Part shown: in pieces, positions 7,501 to 14,816 of the stretch
Layout: each line of letters starts with the position of its first letter
Position numbering within the stretch: the first letter of the stretch is position 1
From: an uncultured Deferribacteres bacterium
GTDB lineage: Bacteria; Zhuqueibacterota; Zhuqueibacteria; Zhuqueibacterales; Geothermadaptataceae
NCBI GenBank assembly: GCA_964014485.1
Contig: CAXHAT010000196.1
Span: 1 to 14,816, forward strand
Direction of reading: 5' to 3'
DNA length: 14,816 bases
Translations under genes and position numbers: made by a program
The notes under the pieces: model-generated
What the model saw: the letters and a program-made list of their open reading frames with translations, nothing else
The model's database searches: none
Told to the model about the DNA's origin: nothing

Positions 7501-8738
7501 AACAGGCGAGACTTATCTGGATCGCTTCCAACGGAAAAAATTGATAAATCCCAAAAAACGGAATTTATGCCGGGGACTTTGCGAAAGACGCCGCTTGTCT
7601 CGTCCAGAAAATAGACGCCGGTTCGTGTTGCAATAAACAACTGATTCTTGTAGCGTAAAATATCGTGAACATTGCCTTCGAAGCCTTCATATCGTGTAAT
7701 TGGAGACGCGATCGAGACGCGGCTCAAGCCGTTGTCTAACGCCAGCCAAAGGCCGCCTTCTCGATCCTGGAACGCCGACCAAGCAGTATTGTTTTGCAAT
7801 CCTGAGTTTTTGTTGAAAAGCTGTACCAAAGTTCCTTGCTGATCAACGATCAACGCACCGCCTAACCTCGTGGTTATCACAAATTGGTCATTTGCTAATC
7901 TCAGTTTTTGGTTATAGACGTGGTTCCTTTTTAAATAATCATTGATCTCATGTGACGAGCCTATAGATTTAGCGCCGTTCAGAACAAAACGCTTGTCGTT
8001 GATGGAATAGGAAAATATGCCATTGCCATAAGGCGTTAAATGTTTTGCTTGCTCGCTCTGAATTTTACTGTCAATTTTGACTGGGACTAACGTATCACCC
8101 AAGACCTTTACTAATCCCAAACGACGTGCTTTGAGATAAAGCGCGCCATCGAGAAAAAGACCGTCGAAAAACTTATGTTCAGGAAATACCTTTCGTACGG
8201 TATCGTTCGCCCAATAGAAGAGGTGTTCATTAGGCATAAAATAGACGCCGTCTTTTGCATCAACAATATGCCAAACGTGCGTAAAATCATGGTAACGTCG
8301 ATTTAATTTTGACAGAAGAGATTGAAAACGGAGCTTGCCAACGGAATCGGGCGTTAGAAAGCCGAAATCGCCTCGCGCTCCCACATAGATGCGATTGTCG
8401 GCGTCTGCTGATAATGAATAAACGGGGGGCTCTTCGCCGCCGACAATTGTGCGCCAGGAAACTCCGTCGTATTCAAGAACGCCCGATTGATTTGCGGCGT
8501 AAATAAGGCCGTTTTGATCCTGAATCACTTCCCAGTTTTGCGGCGCGGCCCCGTAATCTCTCGGCTTAAAATTTTGGATATAAAATTCTCCGTAACGTTT
8601 CGCCGCCGGAGCTTGCGCCAAAACGCCAACAGGAGAAATATCAAGAAGGAGTCCGGTGAGAAGAAGAAGGTAAAGGCGTGTTTCAAAAAAAACGCGCCCA
8701 CCCCCTATATTTGATGATGGATGCATTCGTAATTTCAT
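4596..8738 (-). CDS. Hybrid two-component sensor histidine kinase/response regulator (Reg_prop propeller, Y_Y_Y, TM, HisKA, HATPase, REC, AraC HTH)
   Basis: YTNLPEGDYRFRVRAKN (Y_Y_Y); PPWYRTWWA followed by a TM helix; FFANISHEFRTPLTLI (H-box); NLLSNAIKFT, DSGLGI and GTGIGLAL (ATPase boxes); VVEDN...DLIITDVMMP...KPF (REC); ITEIAYQVGYNNVSAFSKVFKEEFG (AraC). The track's GTG start at 8783 lies inside a MITE terminus, so ATG 8738 (or 8726) is more likely. Confidence 0.95.
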   Translation of the reverse strand: MKLRMHPSSNIGGGRVFFETRLYLLLLTGLLLDISPVGVLAQAPAAKRYGEFYIQNFKPRDYGAAPQNWEVIQDQNGLIYAANQSGVLEYDGVSWRTIVGGEEPPVYSLSADADNRIYVGARGDFGFLTPDSVGKLRFQSLLSKLNRRYHDFTHVWHIVDAKDGVYFMPNEHLFYWANDTVRKVFPEHKFFDGLFLDGALYLKARRLGLVKVLGDTLVPVKIDSKIQSEQAKHLTPYGNGIFSYSINDKRFVLNGAKSIGSSHEINDYLKRNHVYNQKLRLANDQFVITTRLGGALIVDQQGTLVQLFNKNSGLQNNTAWSAFQDREGGLWLALDNGLSRVSIASPITRYEGFEGNVHDILRYKNQLFIATRTGVYFLDETSGVFRKVPGINSVFWDLSIFSVGSDPDKSRLLAAGADGVFEIKKDGFGIVRESVRRDFYTYKIHQSKADSALLFAGLINGVSILRRDQATGSWQELGKALDLKATISKIVETRPGELWTLHSGSRLFRTRYSPNSQQSQAPGFKTIIDEFGKGQRLGEHIRDVFTFNGVTYFRCKRAFHRFDENQNRFFETTIPGYSEKLPSGSRVLASSSAHIWLKNGGNLKLLNIGANNRETLIEKPFLPLKDYNITTVYGEKSGVAWFGGSDGLFRFDPTADQNYEVDFQTLIRAVSAGGDSVALNFSPSNEKVNSKLKNPRLSYSFNTMRFGFAATTFEVPERTEFQTFLEGFDKTWSGWTKSAQKEYTNLPEGDYRFRVRAKNLFGHLGKEAAFSFVVLPPWYRTWWAFLLYLFIASSSVMGLVRFRVRRLQKRTQELESLVGQRTRDVKAQRDQLRIQAQKLKELDLTKSRFFANISHEFRTPLTLILGQIGSVLPDSPTQAMKEKLDMAARNGKQLLRLINQLLDLSKLESGALKLHPQPGDILPLIKNLTYSFESLAHTKKIKLHFSCEHDAIFINFEAEKIEQIMHNLLSNAIKFTLEGGRISIQLAVNSDQKQDNQPNTNHFLLITVRDSGLGIPKDRLAHIFDRFYQVDGSQTREHEGTGIGLALTKELVELHGGQISVESDEGFGTAFFVTLPLVAEPGERGTETGARRAKDNDEIFHAGITPQLEPSGNNVVHPSFNLHSPTSSEFVLVVEDNADVRAYIRQHLEERYSVIEAKNGEEGFEKAREFIPDLIITDVMMPKIDGYELSRRLRTDKVTSHIPIIMVTAKAAKEEKLEGLKTGVDAYLIKPFSTKELNLRVEKLIEMRRKLREQFSKTLSTSPSAVQVSSLDEDFFENVKAAIEENLAEEDFGVVDLCKKVGMSQRQLQRKIKALTDHSPARFIRTMRLQRAKQLIEKEAGTITEIAYQVGYNNVSAFSKVFKEEFGKTPSAITLQIKSK

Positions 8739-8768
8739 TGTCAGCTCGCTCAGATTCGGCGCCGCAAT

Positions 8769-8971
8769 TTCACTACCTGACACTTTTTATAGCAACTTTT
8801 CGAGCGTCTCAAAAAGTCCAAAATTGTCATGCTGTGAGCATCTTTTTAGACCTAATCCTTGAATTCTTGGGGAAAATCTATGCCGGACGCTAACAAAGAT
8901 TTTTACAGAATGACAATTCGAGGCCTTCTCGCCATGCCTAAGGCAATTTGTAAAAAGTGTCAGGTAGAGAG
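8769..8971. mobile_element. MITE copy 1 (203 bp) with terminal inverted repeats and a 9-bp TSD
   Basis: TIR CTACCTGACACTTTTT (8773-8788) is the perfect reverse complement of AAAAAGTGTCAGGTAG (8952-8967). The element is flanked by the direct repeat CGCCGCAAT at 8760-8768 and 8972-8980. Confidence 0.88.
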
Positions 8972-9179
8972 CGCCGCAATAAATGAGAAACTGTCTAACT
9001 TACCTATTTGTGAAAAAGAAGCAAGTTTTTCATCAAAACAATACCCGACGTGCGCCCGATTAGACGAAGGAAAACCAATCACTTTATGAGCAGCGATTTT
9101 TCCTGCGCCATTCGCCTTTCACGGAAAAACTTTTGATTCCGGAGATATGTTTTTCATATTGTTGCGCGAACTTTGAGCT

Positions 9180-9384
9180 TTCACTACCTGACACTTTTTG
9201 TATAGGCTTCTAAAACTGGCGAGAGACGCCGGAATTGTCATGCTTGAAGCGTCTTTTTTGATCCGCCCCTTGAACTTTTGAGCATGATCTGTACTGGGCG
9301 ATAACAAAGAATCGTTCAGAATGACAAAACGAAGCCTTTCGACGGCTCGAAAATGCAGTTTACAAAAAAGTGTCAGGTGGAGAG
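9180..9384. mobile_element. MITE copy 2 (205 bp), same family, with a different 9-bp TSD
   Basis: Same ends as copy 1: TTCACTACCTGACACTTTTT...AAAAAGTGTCAGGTGGAGAG. Flanks are CTTTGAGCT (9171-9179) and CTTCGAGCT (9385-9393), 8/9 identical. Internal blocks AATTGTCATGCT, CCTTGAA, TAACAAAGA and CAGAATGACAA are shared with copy 1. Confidence 0.88.
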
Positions 9385-9455
9385 CTTCGAGCTTTAACCA
9401 GGCCGGTGCAAGCAAATTTTCTGCGCCGGTCATTTTCTGATCTTTGTGAGTCGAA

Positions 9456-10193
9456 ATGAAAATTTGCGCTGCACAGACGCGTCCCGCCCGAGGCGACGTT
9501 GAAAAAAATATCGAGCGTCACGAACAACTCATTGCCCAGGCGGTTGCTGAAAGAGCTGACGTGATCATTTTTCCGGAAATGTCATTGACCGGCTACGAAC
9601 CGGAGCTCGCGGCGGACTTGGCAATGGAAATCGACGACGGCAGGCTTGACGTTTTTCAAAAAATCAGCGATACTGCGCGAATAACAATTGGCGCCAGTGC
9701 GCCAACAAAAAGCAACGGCGGCGTCTGCATCAGCATGATTCTTTTTCAGCCAAATGAGGCAAGACGGATTTATTCGAAACAGTTTTTGCACCCTGATGAA
9801 GAAGAATTTTTTGTGCCGGGAAAAAAGTCGGACGGCTTGATTCACGGCAAGCTCAAACTCGCACTCGCCGTTTGCTATGAATTGTCAGTTCCGGAGCATT
9901 CACGGCGCGCTTTTGAAAATGGCGCGAACGTTTATTTTGCAAGCGTGGCAAAGACGGCGGAAGGCGTCGCAGCAGCGGCGGAAGATTTGACTGAAATTGC
10001 AAAAAAATATTCGATGACCGTATTGACGGCGAACTGTGTTGGCCAATCGAGCGACGGCGAATGCGTCGGCAATTCGTCGATTTGGGACGGCAAAGGCAGG
10101 CTTGTTGGGCGGTTAAATGACGCCGATGAAGGAATAATCATGATTGACACAGACACACAGAAACTCACCCTGAAATCTCGCTCAATCGCATGA
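9456..10193 (+). CDS. Carbon-nitrogen hydrolase (nitrilase/amidase superfamily)
   Basis: Glu-Lys-Cys triad contexts IIFPEMSLTGY, YSKQFL and VCYEL, plus ANCVG and GNSSIWD motifs. Its stop overlaps the next start (ATGA). Confidence 0.92.
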   Translation: MKICAAQTRPARGDVEKNIERHEQLIAQAVAERADVIIFPEMSLTGYEPELAADLAMEIDDGRLDVFQKISDTARITIGASAPTKSNGGVCISMILFQPNEARRIYSKQFLHPDEEEFFVPGKKSDGLIHGKLKLALAVCYELSVPEHSRRAFENGANVYFASVAKTAEGVAAAAEDLTEIAKKYSMTVLTANCVGQSSDGECVGNSSIWDGKGRLVGRLNDADEGIIMIDTDTQKLTLKSRSIA

Positions 10194-11590
10194 AACTTTG
10201 GCAACGTTTTGGATTTTGTCTTATCGTCGGCGCGGCGATTTGGTTTTCCCCGACGCCTTCCGGCGTTGAACCCGAGGGATGGCGCGTTCTTGCGGTATTT
10301 GTTGCAACCATCGTCAGCTTCCTTTTGCGTCCGTTGCCAATGGGCGCGATGACGCTGATTGCACTGGTTTTTCTTGCCGCAACCAACACACTCTCGTTCA
10401 AGCAAACGCTGGCCGGGTTTTCAGATACCACGGTTTGGCTGGTGGTGGCGGCGTTTTTGATTGCCGGGACTGTTGCGCGGACGGGATTAGGCAGACGCGT
10501 CGCGTTGATCATGGTGACAAAACTTGGTCGCACAACGCTCGGGCTGGGTTACGCCGCAACGATCACGGAATTCATTTTGGGCGCGCTTGTTCCTTCAAAC
10601 ACTGCGCGCGGCGGCGGGGTGATGGCCCCGGTCATGAATTCTCTCTCAAATGCGCTCGGCTCGACGCCCGGTAAGTCGCCCCGACGGGCGGGAGAATATT
10701 TGATGCTCGTCGGCGCACATGCGAATTTGATTGCGGCGGCCAGCTTTCTCACCGGCATGGCGGCGAACCCGTTGGTTTCCGCGGCGGCCAAAACCGCGTT
10801 TGACGTAGAATTCGAGTGGTTAACCTGGCTGACCGGCTCCATTGTACCGGCGTTAGTGAGCGTGGCTTTACTGCCCTTATTCATTTACAAGCTCCGTCCG
10901 CCGCAAATCAAACAGGGACGGGAAGCCGTTCAAAATGCGCGTGGTGAATTGAAGGAAATGGGGCCGCTGTCGAGAGATGAAAAAATCATGGCCGGCGTTT
11001 TTGTCAGTATGCTCGTTTTGTGGGCGAGCAAGCCATTGCACGGCCTTGCCACAGGCGTCGTCGCGCTCATCGGCGTGTGCGTGTTGCTGATTACGCACGC
11101 CGACACGTGGAAAAACGCAACCGGTCTCGCTCCAGCCTGGGACACGCTTGTGTGGCTGGGCGGCTTGCTCGCCATGGCAAACATGTTGAAGGAATTTGGC
11201 GTTGTTGATTGGTTCGCGAGCGAAATGCAGACGTACGTCTCTGGCATGAGCGGATTTTGGGTGGCGATCATTCTGGCGCTCATTTATTTTTATTCGATGT
11301 ACGGATTTACCATGCTGACCGGGCACATCGCGGCGATGGCGGGCGCATTTTTCGCGGTGGCGCTGGCTGCCGGAACGCCGCCTTTGCTCATGGTCGCGCT
11401 CATCGCTTATTTCTCAAATCTCTGCGGCTGCACCACCAACTATTCAACCGGTCCGTTTTGTATTTATTACGGCCTGGGCTACGTCGAAATCGGGACGTGG
11501 TATCGCGTCGGGTTTCTGGTTTCGTTGCTTCATATTTCGGTGTGGCTCGGCGTCGGCTTGGTTTGGTGGAAAATTTTGGGGTGGTGGTAG
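10190..11590 (+). CDS. DASS family anion/dicarboxylate transporter (CitT/TtdT/2-oxoglutarate-malate translocator-like)
   Basis: Hydrophobic 466-aa protein with TGLGRRVA, PSNTARGGG, FLTGMAANPL, WDTLVWLG and a C-terminal WWKILGWW, all typical of DASS exchangers. Confidence 0.92.
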   Translation: MKLWQRFGFCLIVGAAIWFSPTPSGVEPEGWRVLAVFVATIVSFLLRPLPMGAMTLIALVFLAATNTLSFKQTLAGFSDTTVWLVVAAFLIAGTVARTGLGRRVALIMVTKLGRTTLGLGYAATITEFILGALVPSNTARGGGVMAPVMNSLSNALGSTPGKSPRRAGEYLMLVGAHANLIAAASFLTGMAANPLVSAAAKTAFDVEFEWLTWLTGSIVPALVSVALLPLFIYKLRPPQIKQGREAVQNARGELKEMGPLSRDEKIMAGVFVSMLVLWASKPLHGLATGVVALIGVCVLLITHADTWKNATGLAPAWDTLVWLGGLLAMANMLKEFGVVDWFASEMQTYVSGMSGFWVAIILALIYFYSMYGFTMLTGHIAAMAGAFFAVALAAGTPPLLMVALIAYFSNLCGCTTNYSTGPFCIYYGLGYVEIGTWYRVGFLVSLLHISVWLGVGLVWWKILGWW

Positions 11591-11642
11591 GTTTGAAAAC
11601 AGAGCGTAAGCGTAGTCCTGAAAATTTTACCGGCAGAACCTC

Positions 11643-11671
11643 TTGTCATCAACGACGTGAAAACGTATCTT
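11643..11671 (+). promoter_or_regulatory. Sigma70-like promoter, probably producing a leaderless mRNA
   Basis: TTGTCA (11643-48), a 17-nt spacer, TATCTT (11666-71), then ATG at 11678, 6 nt after the -10 box, with no SD sequence. Confidence 0.55.
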
Positions 11672-11677
11672 TCGAAC

Positions 11678-11920
11678 ATGGAAAAACAAAACGCCCCGAG
11701 AACGTTGACGAAGAACAAAAAGGTCATCATGTCGCGCCTTGTGAAACGCGATCAACAAGATCGTTCATTTGACCATAAGTTTTGGCAAGAAGTCGACGAA
11801 AAAGATCGTTTTGCCGCCGCCTGGCAGATGGTTCAGGAAGTCTATCGCATAAGAGGTGAAGATGGAAAGCAACAGCGACTTCAGAGATCTGTTTCAGTGC
11901 TTAAACGACGCCAGCGTTAG
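11678..11920 (+). CDS. Small basic hypothetical protein, putative partner (antitoxin-like) of the downstream nucleotidyltransferase
   Basis: 80 aa from ATG 11678 (the track starts at GTG 11657), containing DRSFDHKFWQ...RFAAAWQMV...RLQRSVSVLKRR. It overlaps the next gene by 59 bp. Confidence 0.7.
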   Translation: MEKQNAPRTLTKNKKVIMSRLVKRDQQDRSFDHKFWQEVDEKDRFAAAWQMVQEVYRIRGEDGKQQRLQRSVSVLKRRQR

Positions 11921-12326
11921 ATATTTGGTAGTCGGCGCCTATGCGGTAATCTACTACTCGGAACCTCGTTTTACCAAAGACCTGGACATTTGGGTGGAAG
12001 CATCAAAAGAAAACGCTCCCAAAGTTTGGCAAGCTTTGGCATCGTTTGGTGCGCCTCTTGACAAGATAACAATTGAAGACTTGAATAATCCTGAAATGAT
12101 TTATCAAGTTGGGATTGAACCAAATCGATTTGATATCTTGATGGGAGTGAGCGGCATTACTTTTTCGGAAGCCTGGGAAAAGAGAGTTGTCAGCAGTTAT
12201 GAAGACCAGACCATAAATATTCTTGGTTTTGATGAGTTAATCAACTCGAAAAAAGCTGCGGGAAGGCCGCAAGATTTGCTTGACGTGCAGAATCTTCTGG
12301 CACTTAAGAAATCAGGGAAAAAGTGA
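11862..12326 (+). CDS. Nucleotidyltransferase (Pol-beta superfamily, DUF6036/AbiEii-like)
   Basis: YLVVGAYAV...PRFTKDLDIWV (G-x...DxD signature) and a C-terminal K-x-x-AGRPQDLLD. AGAGGT RBS precedes ATG 11862. Confidence 0.85.
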   Translation: MESNSDFRDLFQCLNDASVRYLVVGAYAVIYYSEPRFTKDLDIWVEASKENAPKVWQALASFGAPLDKITIEDLNNPEMIYQVGIEPNRFDILMGVSGITFSEAWEKRVVSSYEDQTINILGFDELINSKKAAGRPQDLLDVQNLLALKKSGKK

Positions 12327-12338
12327 TGTTGTCTTCTT

Positions 12339-13850
12339 TTAATTCGATTCTAATGGACGTGGCGGGCAGCGCCTTGCCGTCATTCTTGAAACAACGATGA
12401 TTGTCAAGAGCCCCGAAATCATCGCCAGCGTCCTGAAAGGAAAAAGCACTGCTCCGGCGTCATCCACCATCGGATAAGGTAAAAACTGCGGCAACCCTAA
12501 CACCGGCTCCCCGCCCCCAAACCTCAAAACAAATGAAACAGTCAATCCGGCAATAGAGCCGTAACGATTCGCTTTTTTGTCGAACAACGCCGTGGCCAGT
12601 TGCGGGAAAAGAATGCAATAAACGAAGTCGCTGCAAAGAAACCAGAGCGCATAAACGCTTTTGATTTGCAGCGCCAGCAAAGTCGCGGCAATCCCAACGA
12701 TCCAAATGCAGCGTTTTAACACGTGCGCCAACTGCTCGCTTGTAATTTTGGGTTTGAGCAATGGCTTATAGACGTTCCACGAAGCCATCGAGGAAGCGGA
12801 CAGGATTGAAGAATCGGCTGAAGACATGACGGCGGCGGCGATAGCGCCCAAAGCAATTGTCGCGACGACGGGATTGGTCAAGTACCGGATCACGTACGGT
12901 AAAATCAGCGCCGGTTCTTCCGGCGGAGCAATTCCTGCCTGAGACCAATCAGCGACGTCGCCGATGACGCCAATGAGAATCGCCGGAACAGCGGCGAAAA
13001 TGCAAACGAATCCGGCGAAGATTGAAAGCCGCATCGCCGTGTTTTCATCCTTCGAAGCCAGGACGCGCTGAAAATAAACCTGCCACGGAATCCCGCCGAA
13101 TATCAGCAACAACGCTGAGTCCCACCAATTCCAATAATAGTCGCCCCAATCGGGATGATTCCAGCCTTGCCACGGCGGAAAGAGCCCGCTTAAAACGCCC
13201 TTTTGGTTTTGGTAAGTTTCCCAGGCTTGCTCGAAGCCGCCGACATGATTCAGCGCAAATGGGATCGCCAGCCAGAGTCCGCCGAGCAGGAAAAGAAGCT
13301 GAACAACGTCTGTAACAGCCACCGCCCAAAGCCCGCCGATTGCGGTATAAGCGATGGCGATAGCCGCGGAAATGAGAATGGAAGTGGTGAAATCTACGCC
13401 GAGAACCGTGCCGAAAGTCGTCCCCAACGCCGTGAGGATCGCCGCCGTCCAGAAGATTTCGCCGGACAGGGCGGGGAGGAAGAGCAGCGCCGCGACTTTT
13501 TTGCCGTAACGAATTTCGAGCGGATCGAGCATGGTGGTAAAACGATGGCGCCGCATTTTGCGCGCGAAAAACAGCCCGCCAATGATAAGACTGAGCGCAT
13601 ACCCCCAGGGCGCCTGCACCCAAGCTAATCCGAACGATGAAGTGTATTCGGCGCTGCCGTTCAAATAACCGCCGCCAACCCAGGTCGCACTCATCGTGAA
13701 GACCGCAAGCCAAAGCGGCAGCCTGCGACCGGCGAGCATGACTTCATCAGCGGATTGCAACGATTTTCGTTTTGCCGCCCGTTTCCCCAGAAAAAAGAAC
13801 AAGCCGTAAAACAACGCCATTGCCACGACGCCCGGCCAAAAAGGATGCAT
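12339..13850 (-). CDS. Sodium:solute symporter, high-affinity choline transporter (SLC5A7/CHT1)-like
   Basis: ATWVGGGYLNGSAE, GLAWVQAPWGYALSL, TMLDP, GGLWAVAVTDVVQL, GGIPWQVYFQRVL, AAVMSSADSSILS and LFPQL motifs; many TM segments. Confidence 0.9.
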   Translation of the reverse strand: MHPFWPGVVAMALFYGLFFFLGKRAAKRKSLQSADEVMLAGRRLPLWLAVFTMSATWVGGGYLNGSAEYTSSFGLAWVQAPWGYALSLIIGGLFFARKMRRHRFTTMLDPLEIRYGKKVAALLFLPALSGEIFWTAAILTALGTTFGTVLGVDFTTSILISAAIAIAYTAIGGLWAVAVTDVVQLLFLLGGLWLAIPFALNHVGGFEQAWETYQNQKGVLSGLFPPWQGWNHPDWGDYYWNWWDSALLLIFGGIPWQVYFQRVLASKDENTAMRLSIFAGFVCIFAAVPAILIGVIGDVADWSQAGIAPPEEPALILPYVIRYLTNPVVATIALGAIAAAVMSSADSSILSASSMASWNVYKPLLKPKITSEQLAHVLKRCIWIVGIAATLLALQIKSVYALWFLCSDFVYCILFPQLATALFDKKANRYGSIAGLTVSFVLRFGGGEPVLGLPQFLPYPMVDDAGAVLFPFRTLAMISGLLTIIVVSRMTARRCPPRPLESN

Positions 13851-13867
13851 TAAATTTGTATCGCTGG

Positions 13868-14413
13868 CTAACGTGTCAGATTGTCGAAAATGGCAAAAGC
13901 CTCGGCGGGCTTTTGGACGAATTGATAATAATTGCAGGCGGATTTTGAAGCGAAATTTTCGCCGATAATGTGGTCAAACAACGTTTTGAGCGGCGTGAAA
14001 AAATCGTTCGTATCCAGAAAAACCACCGGTTTGTTTTGGTACCCCAAGTGCTGTTGCGTAATCATTTCAAACGCTTCTTCCATCGTGCCGAACCCGCCGG
14101 GAAGAATCAAAAACGCGTCGGCGCGTTCCGCCATTTCAGCTTTGCGCTCGCGCATTCCCGACGTTACGATCAATTCATCCGCATCGGTATAGGCAATTTC
14201 AACGTCTCTCAGTTTTTCCGGAATCACGCCGATCACGCGACCGCTATGCTCGTGAACGGAGCGCGCGATTTCCCCCATCAGGCCAACAGTGGCGCCGCCG
14301 TAGATAAGATCAAGCCTTCGCCGACCCAACTCGTGGCCGACTTCGCGCGCCGCAGTAAAATATTCCGGATGAATCTCGTTTCGTGAAGAGCAAAATACGC
14401 AAATCGCCTGCAT
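13868..14413 (-). CDS. LOG family protein (TIGR00730 Rossmann fold; nucleotide 5'-monophosphate phosphoribohydrolase)
   Basis: ICVFCSS, LIYGG-x-x-VGLMG, MRERK and PGGFGTMEE signatures. ATG 14413 is preferred, with CAGGAG upstream. Confidence 0.93.
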   Translation of the reverse strand: MQAICVFCSSRNEIHPEYFTAAREVGHELGRRRLDLIYGGATVGLMGEIARSVHEHSGRVIGVIPEKLRDVEIAYTDADELIVTSGMRERKAEMAERADAFLILPGGFGTMEEAFEMITQQHLGYQNKPVVFLDTNDFFTPLKTLFDHIIGENFASKSACNYYQFVQKPAEAFAIFDNLTR

Positions 14414-14499
14414 GTTTTCATGCACTCCTGCTTGCTTCTTTGTTCAAATGAGCTAAATTAGCCGTCGCTTTTTTTTGAAAAGCTGAAGCCGAGTAGCAG

Positions 14500-14527
14500 G
14501 TAGGGGTTCAAAATTTTGAACCCCTAC
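14500..14527. repeat. 28-bp perfect palindrome, GTAG-class REP element
   Basis: GTAGGGGTTCAAAATTTTGAACCCCTAC is its own reverse complement, begins with GTAG, and lies between divergent genes. Confidence 0.75.
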
Positions 14528-14572
14528 TTTTACATAAAAATAAAAATAGCTTCTGAAGAATGGAGGTTTTAC

Positions 14573-14767
14573 GTGACGGAACAGGATTTTTTTCAGATCA
14601 TCGCCGAAGAGCTCAATATTCGAACGACGCAAGTTAAGTCGACGGTCGAATTGTTGGACGACGACAACACCGTGCCCTTTATCGCACGTTATCGCAAAGA
14701 AGCCACCGGCGGCTTAGACGAAGAGCAACTGCGCTCCGTCGAAGATCGGATTCGTTATCTCCGCCTG
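14573..14767 (+). CDS. tex: Tex (YhgF) family RNA-binding transcriptional accessory protein, N-terminal fragment
   Basis: GGAGG RBS (14562-66) and GTG at 14573. [54 protein letters not shown] contains the Tex hallmark [18 protein letters not shown]. The ORF is truncated by the adapter. Confidence 0.93.
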
Positions 14768-14816
14768 CTGTCTCTTATACACATCTCCGAGCCCACGAGA
14801 CTCCATTGCCTCTCGT
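14768..14816 (+). other. Illumina Nextera adapter read-through (artefact)
   Basis: CTGTCTCTTATACACATCT (Tn5 mosaic end) + CCGAGCCCACGAGAC + index-like TCCATTGCC + TCTCGT. Confidence 0.98.

Noticed and set aside
8769..9384. Composite transposon or tandem duplication formed by the two MITEs
   Set aside because: Each copy has its own TSD and the outermost flanks do not match each other.
8678..9433. ORFs 8678-8893, 8859-9089 and 9119-9433
   Set aside because: They read through MITE sequence (the shared KKCQV peptide is the TIR) and show no transposase motifs.

Overview
Bacterial genomic or metagenomic contig end. An FCB-superphylum origin such as KSB1 or Calditrichota is inferred from the PNPFNP-type C-terminal domain and the hybrid two-component system. 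Left to right: (1) a >1060-aa secreted FG-GAP/PKD/SprB-like protein with a T9SS-type C-terminal domain (minus strand, runs off the left edge, missed by the ORF track); (2) a 1.4-kb intergenic region with a REP-like inverted pair, a ~850-nt densely base-paired segment whose G-U pairs favour the + strand (candidate unclassified large ncRNA), and a 21-bp-period direct-repeat array; (3) an AraC-type hybrid two-component sensor/regulator carrying in-frame heptamer-palindrome inserts; (4) two diverged ~204-bp MITEs, each with its own 9-bp target-site duplication, in a divergent promoter region; (5) a nitrilase-family hydrolase and a DASS transporter; (6) a probably leaderless small protein plus nucleotidyltransferase module; (7) a choline-transporter-like SSS permease, a LOG-family protein, a GTAG-type REP palindrome and the 5' end of tex. 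The last 49 nt are Nextera adapter contamination. All pairings and alignments were done by eye and no database searches were run.
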